Positions 26,511-39,375 of a DNA stretch of 64,000 nt are shown piece after piece. The DNA is from Dipteris shenzhenensis. Its lineage: Eukaryota. A program made the position numbers and the translations under genes. The stretch lies in the NCBI GenBank assembly GCA_047967505.1, contig CM106538.1, one strand, 5' to 3'. How positions within the stretch are numbered: position 1 is the first letter of the stretch; every line of letters begins with the position of its first letter. A model generated the notes under the pieces. That model made no database searches and was not told the origin of the DNA. It was given only the letters and a program-made list of their open reading frames with translations.

Positions 26511-26699
26511 ATCGGCCTAGTAGGCCTCGATTGTGCCTATGTGCCTATGTTGGTATTATGAATGAGCAATATGTTGTTGTAAAGAAAATGTTAAGTATTT
26601 CCAAGTGTATAAGAAAATGATAGTGTACAAGAAGTCTATGATAGGATGGTAGTGAGCAAATAAGACCAGAAAGTCAAATCATATGATTTTGAGTATATA

Positions 26700-27410
26700 T
26701 AATAGTATCTATCTTTCAATACTTCATCATTTGTAACAAATTTCTAATCAAAATATTGTTTGTCTATTTCCAAGTGCATAATATGATATCATGCCAATAG
26801 GCAAAGTGAGTATCAATATTTGTAATCGTATATGTATCAGTATCTATAACAGTATGTTTCAATACTTCTTTGTCGTTTTTAATCAAAACATCTTCATCTA
26901 TTTCCAAACATATTATATGGCATCATGCCAATAGGCAAAGCTAGTATCAATATTTGTAACAGTATCTGTATCTGTATCTATAACAGTATTTGTATTTTTG
27001 TATTTTGTGTCAAAAGAGAAAAGAAAGAAAAGAAAAAATAAACCCATAATAAATAATCAGGTCTGTGTACCATGTTAGATTGGCACTGACACCTATCGCA
27101 CCTTTATGTTCGTCCTGTGAGACAAATAGTACCCATGTCACTTTCTCATCAGTCAAAAGTATGCAAAAATTATGCAAAGACAGATGATCAAAGAGAACTC
27201 ATAATTTTTATTTTGTTTCAAAAGCAAAAAGCAAGAAAAGAAAATAAAAACCATAATAAATAATTAGGTCTAGCTTGTACCATGTCAAATTGGTAGTGAG
27301 ACCTATCACACGTTTTTGTTCAGCATGTGAGACAAATAATAACCATGTCACTTCCTCATACGTCAAAGGTTAATGGAAGTTGTGGAAAGATAGATGATCA
27401 ATGAGAACTA
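26700..27410. repeat. Two AT-rich direct duplications
   Basis: TCATGCCAATAGGCAAAG occurs twice (~26789, ~26923). CCATAATAAATAA...TGTACCATGT...TGTGAGACAAATA...AGATGATCAA occurs twice (~27045, ~27251). Confidence 0.8.
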
Positions 27411-27419
27411 GCATCTGAA

Positions 27420-29530
27420 TGCCTCAAACCTATTGGGGAGACTTCAAAAATATATATATACACCCTCTACAATACTAGGACCCTCGACCCCTCCATAATT
27501 GGAGGAGTCCAACAGTAGAGCTTTGTCATCCTCAAACATTCAAAATTGGTTTTTAGCTTGGCAAATAGATGACAATACCCTTGCACAAATTTCAGCATTG
27601 GAGCTTGAAGTGCACACAACTATCAGCCCGAGAGCCTTCCACCATGTATTAATGAATTCAAAGCTATTGTCAAAAATTACATTCCAATGTATATTGTCAG
27701 TAGGTAACACATATAATGAGAGCAAAAGAGATACTTACACTAATCTTGCAAGTGCACGTATGGGAGGAAGGGATGAATACCTTGTCATAGAACTTGAGTC
27801 CAATGATGATATCACCTTGTAGAGCTGATCATTCGGGCCTAGCACCAGATGTAGGTCAGCTCCAGAGAAAACTTTGTGCAAAGGAATTCTGCTCATCCAA
27901 TCAACCCATCCAAATACTTCATAAACAACCAACTGAAGCATGCTCATTATTAATAAATAGAAATGACTAGGAAATTGTCATTACAAATTCACTATGCTAC
28001 CCAGCTAGATTGCTTTGGACCAAGCTTTTTCCAACATAAGAAATTATATTGGAGGTTAGCTTATTTCTAACCTTTGAATGAGGCTCATGTCAAAAAGCTT
28101 CAGTAAGACTCGAAAGAGGGACTACGCATAGACCGTTTTTTTGCAAGGCACCTTCTTCTTCGAATACTGAAGTGTCATTCCTAGTGGATGTAAAGTTGAC
28201 GCCTTCAATTTTGAACATCTAGAAAGAAGTATAGGTGAGGGGTTCGTTAGCCTCACCAAAGTAATCACTAGCACTCGGAGAGAGTATTCAATAAGCACAA
28301 ATTGCACAGAAAATACTACGCGAGGACTCTTATACAAACGACAAGTTGAAAGAAGTCCACGCAAGTAATTATAGAAACAAAACGTTTATTGAAATCATTT
28401 GAATAAAAAGTGTAAGACTAAAACGGTCATAACGAAGTGGGCAGGGCGACATAGATTCGTACCTAAATCTCCTTTTCCAATTGTTTAACATAATCAATTG
28501 ACAACCTTTAAAATTTCTTCTTTATCCAACTGCAAGATTCACAAATAGAGAAATGACCTTCGTAAAAGGAAATGCTCTTAGGTGATCTTGATATAAGGAT
28601 TTCAAAGCACAATGGATGTTTTCCTTGGTAAAGGGTACGAATAATTTAAGAAGACATTCTTCCAAGCCACGAGGTAAAAGGTGCTGAAGTACGCTCAGTC
28701 TATCCTCTAGGGGATCAACCTGGAAAGCCAAAGTTGCTAAAGTAAACATTTGATCACAGCACATGACCAAAATCCGAAAAAACTAAATGCCATGTGCAAT
28801 GGGTAGATTACGAAAGAAATCAAATGCAGTGCAAAAACATACCTTGAACTCCCCAGCAATGGTGCCAACAATGTGTAGTCTCGACGATGACTCACGTGTC
28901 ATGGGGATCTTGAAGGAATGATGATGGAGCCTCAACTCCAAGCTACTCCTTGTGAGAGCAATGCAAGGCACGAGAAGAGGGAGCTTGTATTCCAAACTTG
29001 TGCATACAACAATGAAGACCAAAGTCAACCATTTGGCCTTTTATACAAGTCACCTTTTTTTTTCTTTAAAAATGAGGGTTATATTATATTATCAAAAAAG
29101 TTATATACAATTGTGTGTTATTGACAAAAAAGCTTTCTATGATAGGCAGCAAGCATATTGTCAGTGCATAGAAGCGGAGTGCAAAGACGTAGTCCTCAGA
29201 GATACCTTAGAACGTGTCGGTCTATGAACATGGAATCCTCGTGAGCTAAATATCTATTCCAATTCTTCTTTGACTTTAGTGGGAAGTGATAGAGAGGGAT
29301 GACGAGCTGTAAGAGTAGTCACAAGAGCTGGTGGAAGGGCAACAGGATTGTGTATTCTCTCCCTGAATTCTTCAGTAGTAGTAAGTGCTTCTCGACGAAC
29401 CTTGTATGAGACACTGGAAGGATCTGCATGCAAGGTTGGTCTCTTGAAGGGATGCACAAGAGGAGGCATGATCCAATCCACTGATGCAACATCGACATTT
29501 GTTCCATCAGCAACATGGAGAGGTGACACA
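27420..29530 (-). pseudogene. Spliced multi-exon pseudogene of unknown function
   Basis: Successive minus-strand ORF fragments are separated by AT-rich spacers with GT-AG boundaries. AAG|GTATGT (~28842) to TTTCCAG|GTT (~28721) joins GEFK|VDPLEDR in frame; a second intron runs AAG|GTTAG (~28071) to CTTCAG|TTG (~27933). Internal stops; no recognised domain. Confidence 0.55.
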
Positions 29531-29564
29531 AGAGGAGATAAGAAGGGGGGGAGGAATCGACAAG

Positions 29565-29686
29565 ACAGAGTTGGGGATTGGGGCTGGGGGGCTGGGCTGG
29601 GGAGCTGGGGCTAGAGTTGGGGATTGGGGCTGGGGCTGGGCTGGGGAGCTGGGGATTGGGTTCGGGTGGGACTGGTGGGTCTGGTG
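29565..29686 (+). repeat. G-rich GGGGCT/GGGGATT repeat (potential G-quadruplex)
   Basis: Many G3-G6 runs separated by short loops. Confidence 0.7.
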
Positions 29687-30534
29687 TGTTGATATATCAA
29701 GCTCCACTCGTGATATACCAGGGTGACCGTTGTGCATTTATGTCACCAACTTGTTAGCTACAGATGCAGTTGGTACATCACCCATGAATAATAGCTAGAT
29801 GATAGCTATGCTTATGTACTCTAGTTCGTGGCTCAGTTAGTATGCCACCTTAGTTAGTTGAGTTTGGTTTGAGACCCACATATAGGGTCCTTCTATTTCT
29901 TTGTACTAGAGTTCTTTTGGCTTTCACAACGAAGAAGAGAAAAACTATTTTCAGCCTCCACCTTTGTGTGTATTCCCCCATTGTGTATGTGAGAAAGCCG
30001 CAAGTGAGACTCCTTCCCTCACTCCCACTATCTTCACATGGTATCAAAGCTTGGTTCATGGTAAGGAGCTCAAGAAAGCAAACCAAGTTCATGGTGTCCT
30101 AGTAAGAGGACCACTGTTGCTTTCCTTTTTTGAGTTTGGGAGCAAATCTCTATAAGTAGCATAGCTAGAAAGTGCAAGAGTGCATTGTCTCAGATTGAGA
30201 CGCCCTTCCAGGTGTGGCAAGAGGGAAATATATTCGAGGCAGTTTAGGGGCCCATTTTGGAGGCGGAAGTTCTCCACAAGCACTGAGAAAAAGGCCCTGT
30301 TTTTGCTATGCGACCACTGCTCTGTAGGTCGGTGAAAGGTTGCCATAGAAATTGCATTGTATTCCTGTGCACAGAGATATTGGGAGTTATAGAATCATCC
30401 TTATTGCCTGTTCAAAATCATCACTAGGAAGTGACTGTGTGGTCAAATACCACTTTCGTCAGTTTTGCAGATTTGCCCTTGTGAGATAGAAGTTGTGTTT
30501 TTTGCAGTGACAGAATATTTTGTAGTGTTCTGTA

Positions 30535-33500
30535 ATGGCGGCTGATTCTCTTTCACAGATTGTCACTGAAAAGCTTGACAAGAACAACTTCCAAGCATGG
30601 AAGTTTAGAATGATGAATTTCCTTATGGGAAAAGGCTATTGGGAGTTCATTATAGGAAATGAAGAAGAACCAGTTCTTCCTAATGTTCCCAATCAACAGG
30701 AAATGCAAGCATTTAAAGGATGGCATGAGAGAGCCAGAAAAGTTATGTACTGGCTGTCTATCAATATTTTAGATTCTATGATTGTGCATATTCAGGATGC
30801 AAGTACGCCAAAGGAGGCATGGGATACTTTGGCAAAAATGTACAGCACAAATATGCAAGCTAGGAAAATGCAGCTCAAGCAGGAGTTGCATAATGTGCAG
30901 AGAGAAAATATGAGCATCAATGACTACCACATGAAGGTGAAGAAAATTGCAGATGCACTTGCTTCCATTGGGTTGCCAGTGGAAGATGATGATTTAGTTT
31001 CTGTGACCTTGAATGGTCTAGGAAAGGATTATGCATAGTTTTGGACATCCATTGCCGTCCGTGAAGAGTTGTTTGCTCTTCTAATTTCTGAAGAGCAGAG
31101 AAATGGTGGTGCATCTTCTTCAGGAGGAACTTCAAAAGAAACTGTCTTTTACTCAAATGCTGGAAGAGGTAGAGTAGGCCGATCTAGAGGCCATGGTAGA
31201 AATCAAAATATGTAGCAAACTCAAGAAAACCAGTCCTATGGAGGAGAACGTGGTAATTCTAAAGGCATGGGGAGCCAAAGAGGTCGTGGTGGATGGCAGA
31301 GAGGCCAAAATGCAAACAGCAATGTTGAATGCTACTACTATGGTAAAATGGGTCATATGGCTAAAGACTACTATAAAAAGTAGAATGACATCATGAATGG
31401 AAAATTGCAACAAGGGAATTATGCATCTTCTAGTAGACAAGGTGATGACAAAAATGAGCATCTGTTTATGGTGCAACACATGACCAATTTTGTGATAGCA
31501 AAAGAAAGCAATGATGTGTGGTATGTTGACTCAGGTGCATCAAACCACATGACAGGTCATGCAGAATGGATGTAGGATGCAAGGAAAATGGAAAGACCAT
31601 GATTTGTGGAGTTTGGTGATGATACTGCACATCCTATTGTGCAGATTGGTAAAATTCCTTTGTCTATGCAGGATGGGAAAAAGAAATACCTGTCTAATGT
31701 ATTTCATGTCCCGAATATCACCAAGAACCTGGTTTCTATTAGTCAAATGGTTGAGCAGGGCTTGTAGGTCAGATTTAATCCTCATGGATGCTTTGTTGAG
31801 GATATGAAAAATAACGGTCGCTTGATAGCAAAAGGAATGAAGAAGGGCATGATGTTTACATTGGATGCGGACATGCCTGAATTGAGTGCAGCAATATTTG
31901 CACATGGGACCAGTGTAGTTGTAGATATTGATATTTGGCATAAACGCATTGGTCATGTTAATGTACGATGACTTAAATCAATGAAGGCCCAAAATATTGT
32001 TGTAGGATTGCCTAAATTCAAGGTTGCAAAAATGCATAAGGTATGTGAAGCCTGTCAATTTGGAAAAGAGGCAAGGAAACCATTTCCTAGACATGTTCAA
32101 GAGAGTAAGAAGCCATTGGAATTAATCCACTCTGATGTGTGGACTACTAAAGCTGCATCTATTGGAGGTTGTCATTATTTTGTCACTTTTATTGATGACT
32201 ACAGAAGAAAAGTTTGGGTGTATTTTATGAAAAAGAAAAGACTGGAAGTGTTTGGGCATTTCAAAGCTTTTAAATCTATGGTTGAAAAAGAAAGAGGCCT
32301 TCAAATAAAATGCCTAAGGTCAGATGGAGGGGGAGAGTACCTCTCAAATGAGTTTGCAAGGTTCCTACAGGAGCATGGCATAAAGCAACAATATTCATGC
32401 AGTCATACCCCATAGCAAAATGGACTTGCAGAAAGAAAAACCAGGCATATTGGAGAGGTATCTTGGGCCATGCTAAATGAAAAAGACCTACCAGATTATT
32501 ATTGGGCTGAAGCAGTTACTATAGTAGTTTACATAATGAACAGGAGTCCCACTGTAGCAATACATGGCATGATGCCAGAGGAGATGTATACTGGTAGGAA
32601 ACCAGATATTTCTCATTTGAAAATTTTTGGTTGCATTGCCTATGTTCATGTGCCACATGAGTTGAGGTCCAAGTTGGATCCAAAAGCTGAGAAGTGCATC
32701 TTTATTGGTTACTCTCTGCAGCAAAAATGGTATAGATGCTATAACCCTTGTACTCGTAAGTTTACAGTGAGCAGAGATGTTGTTTCTGATGAAATGAGCA
32801 GTTGGTATGAACCAGTAAATGTGATTGATGATGTAGATGCACAAAATGGTAATGCTGCACATAATTCACGGAAGCAATCACAAAATATTAGTGGACCTGG
32901 AGTGTCCTCTAGCAGTGGTTCACATACTTCGCCATGGACAGGCAGCAGGAGAATCTCCTCAAAGCAATGCAGATAGTGGTATGCAGGTATCACGAAAAGG
33001 AAAAGAGAAGGTAGATCAGCCCATGTTTGATGTGAATGTAGGTCACTCTTATGTGGATGGTGAATCCACTGGCTCAGAACAGAGCATTGATGATGAGTTG
33101 GGTATTCCTTCTGTTGTTACACCTAGAGTGAGGAAGACCAGGGATGTTTTGAGAGCACCTGGAAGTGAGCCTATTTTGTACAGGTCTACCAAAGCTAGGT
33201 ATCCTGTGGATAGGCTGAAATATGATGGATTTATAGCCATTCACTATGCCTATATGGTCAAAGTAATATAGGAACCAGAATCCACTTCTTTTGAGCAAGC
33301 CATGGGAAAAGAAAAATGGGAGAAGGACATGGATGAAGAAATGGATGCCTTGGAAGCAAATGCTACATGGGAATTGGTGCCTTTGCCTAAAGACAAGAAT
33401 GCAATTGGCTGTAAGTGGGTTTATAAGGTAAAGCACAATGCAGATGGTTCTGTGAATAGATACAAGTTTAGATTAGTTGTCAAGGGGTATGCACAGACAT

Positions 33501-34844
33501 ATGGCATTGATTATGAAGAAACATTCAGTCTGGTTGCAAGGATGGCAACCATAAGAGCAGTCATTGCTATGGCTGCATCAAAGGGATGGTCTTTACATCA
33601 GATGGATGTAAAGAATGCCTTCTTGCATGGTGATTTGCAAGAAGAGGTCTTTATGGAGCAGCCACCAGGTTATGTTCATGCTGCTCATCCTGAATTTGTT
33701 TGCAGGTTGAAGAAAGCCTTGTATGGATTAAAGCAAGCACCTAGAGCATGGTCTGACAAGATAGGAGAGTATCTTGTCACTATTGGCTTTCAGATTTCCA
33801 AGGCAGATTTCTCACTTTATGTGAGAAAAATAGAGAAAGGTATTATGCTGCTTGTCATGTATGTTGATGATTTGATCATCACAGGTGATAGTGATGAAGA
33901 TATCCTTCATGTGAAAATGCTATTAGAGCAGAAGTTTGAGATGAAGGATTTGGGAGAGCTGCTTATTTCTTGGGCATTGAGGTGATTAGATCACCAAGTG
34001 GGATATGGCTCTTGCAAAGGCAGTATGGATTGGACAGGCTGTCCAAATATTCGGATGACAGGATGTAAGCCTATTTCAATTCCTTTGGAGCAGAATGTGA
34101 AGCTGAGCACAGACGTAGGTGAGCTTCTGGAAGAGCCTACTATGTACAGGCACATAGAAGGAAGTTTGATTTATATGACTATTACCAGGCCAGATTTGAG
34201 CTATGCTGTTGGATTGGTAAGTCAGTTTATGCAAGCTCTAAGGAAATCGCATTTGGATGCGGCTAGATGCATACTCACGTATATGAAGTCCACATTGCAG
34301 TATGGACTATTTCATGAGACTGGGGTTCAGAGACGGTTGCATGGATACACTGATGCTGATTGGGCTAGTAGTATCTCTCATAGACGATCTACGAGTGGAT
34401 ATGTGTTCTCTTTTGGGAGTGCTGCAGTCACTTGGAGTAGCAAGAAACAACCTACAGTTGCCTTGTTGAGCACAGAGGCTAAGTACAGGGGTGCAGCAAT
34501 GGCTGGTTGCATAAGCTACTTTATGGTATGCATCAGTCTACATATGGGCCAGTTGTCATTTATTGTGAAAACATCAGTAGTATACACTTGGAAAATAACC
34601 CAGTCTATCATGCTAGAACAAAGCACATTGAGGTGCATTGTTCTATGTGCAGGAGAAGGTTTTACTAGGTCTTATTGATCTAGTTTATGTCAGCACAGAG
34701 GATCAAGTAGCTGACATATTCACGAAGGCATTGGGCACAAAGAAGCTGCACAAGTTCAGAGACCTGCTTGGTGTGCAGGAATTGGGATTGAGCTCGAGGG
34801 GGAGTGTTGAGATATCGAGCTCCACTCGTGATATGCCAGGGTGA
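30535..34844 (+). pseudogene. copia gag-pol pseudogene
   Basis: Fragmented ORFs homologous to copy 1 and copy 3. Confidence 0.93.
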
Positions 34845-34924
34845 CTGTTGTGCATTTATGTCACCGACTTGTTAGCTATAGATGTGGTTGGTACACCACC
34901 CATGAATAATAGCTGGATGACAGC

Positions 34925-35169
34925 CTCGGGGGGGTCACTCATCATATGTAACCCTATCACGTGAGTTCAACAGAAGGATATTTTTTTTTCTAAAATTTAC
35001 AGAAATAAATATACATAAGGGACTATTTAAAATAGTTTTGGAAAAAATTTACAGATTTGTATAGAAAAGGGGTACATTTTATTAATGAAAATTTTATGAA
35101 TAAGGGATTTTAAAAATAGGCCTTGAACGCACGTGATGTAGAGGATTTATACATAGTGACCCCCCCAAG
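34925..35169. mobile_element. 245-bp MITE (hAT-like, 8-bp TSD) inside the 3' LTR
   Basis: TIRs CTCGGGGGGGTCACT... / ...AGTGACCCCCCCAAG, with imperfect extension through TCACGTG.GTTCAA. TSD ATGACAGC (34917-34924 / 35170-35177). AT-rich interior; absent from all other family A LTRs. Confidence 0.92.
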
Positions 35170-35409
35170 ATGACAGCTATCCTTATGTACTCTAGTTCAT
35201 GGCTTAGTTAGTATGTCACCTTAGTTAGTTGAATTTGGTTTGAGACCCACATATAGGGTTCTTCTATTTCTTTGTACTAGAGTTCTTTTGGCTTTCACAA
35301 CTAAGAAGAAAAAAACTGTTTTCAGCCTCCAACCTTGTGTGTATTCCCCCATTGTGTATGTGAGAAAGCCATAAGTGAGACTCCTTCCCTCTCTCCCACT
35401 ATCTTCACA

Positions 35410-38400
35410 TGGGGCTGAGGTGCCATTGTTCCATCGAAACTCTTTCCACCAACTCAGCCAGCGCCTTGGCTTGGTCCAGCAATGTGACTTCCTTATTTGT
35501 GAGTTTTTCTTTAATCTTGAAGCAGTCTTGGGCTTGAGTGTGTAGAAGGCCGAGCTTCTTGACATTCTCTTTGTTCCTGTGAGCACACATAATGATTCAA
35601 ACACAATTTTAGTATCCATGAAAACATTATTGAATAGTTTATTGCATCTCTGAAGCCAAATTGACCAGAGCACTAAAGCTCTAATGACGTTTCAGTTTTG
35701 CGGTGCTCAGTTAGGAGAGTCTACGAGAAGAATGATGGAGTAGCTAAAAGGGAAGGGAGCTACATGTTGGTGTATCAAGAATAGGAACATTTGAGGAACA
35801 AGTGTGGAATATCCTCCCTCGCTTTGTTGCATCTTCTGCACCAACCATTACCTTGATCAATCTTTTGGGCTCGAACTACTGTCCAGATGCCTCGGTGTAG
35901 GATGAGCTAGAGAAGGCATGAATGCTTTTAGAGATCTCTTGATCCCGGACTTTAGAGAATCTATGAGACTATATGTTATTGTCATCTCTCTGGTACCACG
36001 TTTTGTTTAGTTTGCTTATCAACTCCTCCTGGCCTTCATTGATTGTAGGAACTGGAGAAAGATTCCATTGTCCCACCCATCTGAATTCTCTCATCATGAG
36101 AGGTAGATGACCACCTAGCCAAGGGGAGTTTTCTTTGCCCACAGAGCCTGCCATTCCTTTATCAAGAGGAGGTTGAATCTCTTTAGTCTATGTTATTCCA
36201 ATAGGAAATTATTATTGTGCCACTTACCTTGAGTACGGTACCATAGATCTCCCCAGACATTGATCCCTCTCTTGCTTAGTGTGAGAGTTGCTTTAGTTTG
36301 GTCATCCCATAGTGGATGGGTGCTAAACAAGATTGAGAACCAAATTGAATCTTGGTTGTAGAAGGTGCCTATTTTCCTTGTAAATCCCTTCCATTTTACT
36401 AAAGGTCACATACTTTCTCAGGCCCTCCACATCCCTTTCCAAAGCTTTGAACCTTTCATGATGCATCTTTCTTTCCCAAAAAGGAGGGGTCCTAGAGGAA
36501 TCTCTTTCCAGTGCGTGCATCGGTTAGGTTTGACTTTCCTCACGTTCTTCAGAGCAGAGAAGCCCACACTGAGAATCTGGGTTTTGGTAGGCTTTTAGGA
36601 TCCACTAATCCATGAATCTTGTCGATGACTTTTCGACATCAACCACTCCTAAAACTCCTTCCGCTTTCGATAGAGTACAGAAGTTCCATCTTACCTTGGC
36701 GCTTCTGTTTTGCTCTAAGGATCCCCCCCATAAGAAGGTTTGAAACAATCTGTTGATTTGATCAAACTGTTTTTTTGTAAGGAACCAGCATGCTATAAAA
36801 TACAGAATGGATGGGTAGATGTAATGATTCAACACAAACTTTCTCCTAGCCAGTGAATGTTATAGCCCTTGCCACCTACTGATTTTACTTTTGATCTTGT
36901 CAATTACCCAGTCCCATCTGTCTTTGTTTGTGCATCCAAAACCCATTGGGATCCCAAGGAGATGTAAGATCTCACCCTCCTTTAAGATCTTGCATCTCTT
37001 ATCTATGAGAATTTGGGGCGGAGTTGCCCTAGTTCCAAAGACTTATGTTTTCTCATGATTAATTTTAGACCCCTATGCTATGCAGAACGTGTCCAAGCAT
37101 CTAAGGATGCTCTCCACTAATCTAGCTTGCCTTATTCCTCCTTAATGAGCCAGCCAAGAGCATCTGTAGCAATGGCAAAGAGGAGAGGTGCTAAGGGGAA
37201 GCCCTGTCTAATAGATCTTTTAAGCGTAAAAGAGGAGGAGATATCTATCCCCACTCCATTCTGCCGTGAGCTTTATCAAAGTCTATTAAAAAAAAACAGA
37301 TATCCTGGTTTGTCTCCTCTGCATGCTCCAATCCTTCCCAAAGAGTTAAGGTGGCCTCCAAGATGTGTCTGCCTTGGATGAAGCCTTTTTGTTCTTCCCT
37401 TATCCAGTATTTCATTTTAAATTTGAGTTTGATAGCTTAAGCTTTAGCGAAGATTTTGTAACTAGTATTAAGCATGGTAAGAGGTCTCCAATTCTTGAGC
37501 ATTTCCTTGGGCCCCCTTTGGGTATCAGTATAATCATCCCTGTGTTTATTCGTGAGTCAAGGAATCCTTTTGCCTTGGATTCTTGCCAAAAGAGGAGGAT
37601 ACACGCGCCCACTATGTCTCAGAATACTTGGTAGAATTCTATTGGAAGTCCGTCTTCACCTAGAGTTTTTCCCCTTGCCATGGCAGTAACTGCACCATTT
37701 AATTCTTCTATGGAAAGATCCTTGCCTAGAAAGATGGAATCAAATATTTGGATAGTGCTCCTTCTGGCCAAACGACATTTTTCTCTTGCTCTGAGCTTAT
37801 CGGTGGAAAGGGTTTTGGGTTCCGCAAGAATCCTCTAGAAGTGCTCTGCCACAATCTGGCCTATCTCTTTCAAATCCTGGATTAGTTGTCCTTCGTGTAC
37901 TAGTGTATCAATCGATTCTTGAGCCTGCTTTTTCCTAAGGCTTCTATAAATGTCATCATTTTGGCATGTCATTTCTTCCTGCCCACCATTCTCTTGTGAA
38001 CACTTTGGATTGTGTTGCCTCAGTGTTTGCTTATACCCTGGCTTTGTCTCTGAAAGCTTTGAGTCTTTCTTGTCCCTCAATTTTTGCATCCTCCTCCAGA
38101 AGCTTGATTTGGTCTTCAATTTTTGCTTGTCTAGTGGGCTCTAGTGATACCCGCTCACTTCTTGATCGCCTTAGAAAAGTATCTGTTCTTTCTGTGGCCC
38201 TAACCCATTTTTTAGTTATAGTGGCTATGCCATCAAAACCTTTTTCTAAGATTCTAACTACCTTCTATTGGACATAGGGAAGACAAAAGAAGAATGGGTT
38301 TTCTTTGAACCAATATTTACTTATCTTTCCTTGACTTTTGTCTAGAGTGATTAGGATTGGTTGGCGGTCCGAAAAGGGGAGAGAAGCAAGAGCTAAGCTC

Positions 38401-39375
38401 TTGGTACACAACGCTGCATCAACGATGTCTCTTGAGCAGTACATCCTATCTATCCTTGCTTTCCTGTGGAGAGAGCGCAATTGATTATTGGTCTAGGTGA
38501 AAGAGGTGTCCTCAAAGATGTTAGTGAGCATCGCAGAATCTTTGAGGGCAGTCCAAGAAGAAAGGTCCCTGCCTCTTAAAGTGTTACCTAATCCATTCCA
38601 CCTATCCCTATAGGATTCTACCATATTGAATTCCCTTAGTAGGATAGCATTGTTTTGTAGTATCTTTTCCTCCCAAAGGAGAGCTCGATCTCTCGTGGTA
38701 TTAGGGGCATAAATGTAGAATATTTGGCACCAAAGTTGAAGGTGGGAAAAGTCAACTCCAATCTCGACAACCCCAAAAAGGGTAAAGGCCACGTGACTGA
38801 CCCGACAAGGTGTTAGCTACACCTGACAGCTCCACCTCTCCCTTCTTCATGAGTGGTGCAAAACCACTACGTGCTGTGGTCAAGTTGGTTGAGCTACCAC
38901 CCTAGCTTATCCCCAGCAACTTTGATCTCTTGAAGTGCTAAAAGTTTAGGTCTCAAACATGATGTTTTTAGCCAACTTTTAAGGATGGTTGGCTTGTGGT
39001 CATTTGTCAAGTCCTGCATGTTGATGCTAAAAAAGGAAATTTTTTCTTGCATCATTGTAGAGAGTTTTTGTTTCTCTTCTTATTAAAGCTTACTGGACTG
39101 TTCTAAGAAGAAAGAGTGAAGCCACTTGACATCCTCCTTTTCTCCCTTTCAATTGAATTGACTTCCTTACCCCTATCGTTTAACTCAACCGCTTGAGCCT
39201 TTGCCTTCCCTAACCTTGTTGCTTTCTACCTTTGACAACTATGAAGGGAGGACCCTCTTTGTTAGCTGACTCGTGCTCTACCTGATCCAATTGTGCTTCT
39301 AAGTCTTGAGTGGCGACCACAAATTCCTCCTCACTTGAGTTTCAAGTTTGCCACCTGTAGATATACATTCTCTGG
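35410..39375 (-). mobile_element. Degenerate L1-like LINE (ORF2 APE endonuclease + RT, end of ORF1)
   Basis: Minus-strand fragments: IYAPN, REFN (GDFN), RIDRMY, FSDR (SDH), GMIILIPKGG, FLWGG..KVRW..CTLSKAEGVLG, LWSIWLQRCNKLF. Confidence 0.9.

Larger units (their letters stand above)
29687..35409 (+). mobile_element. Ty1/copia family A, copy 2 (older, many stops)
   Basis: LTRs 29687-30038 and 34805-35409 (the latter with a MITE), PBS TGGTATCAAAGC, full domain order. Flanks TGGTG / TGGGG (4/5 match). Confidence 0.95.
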
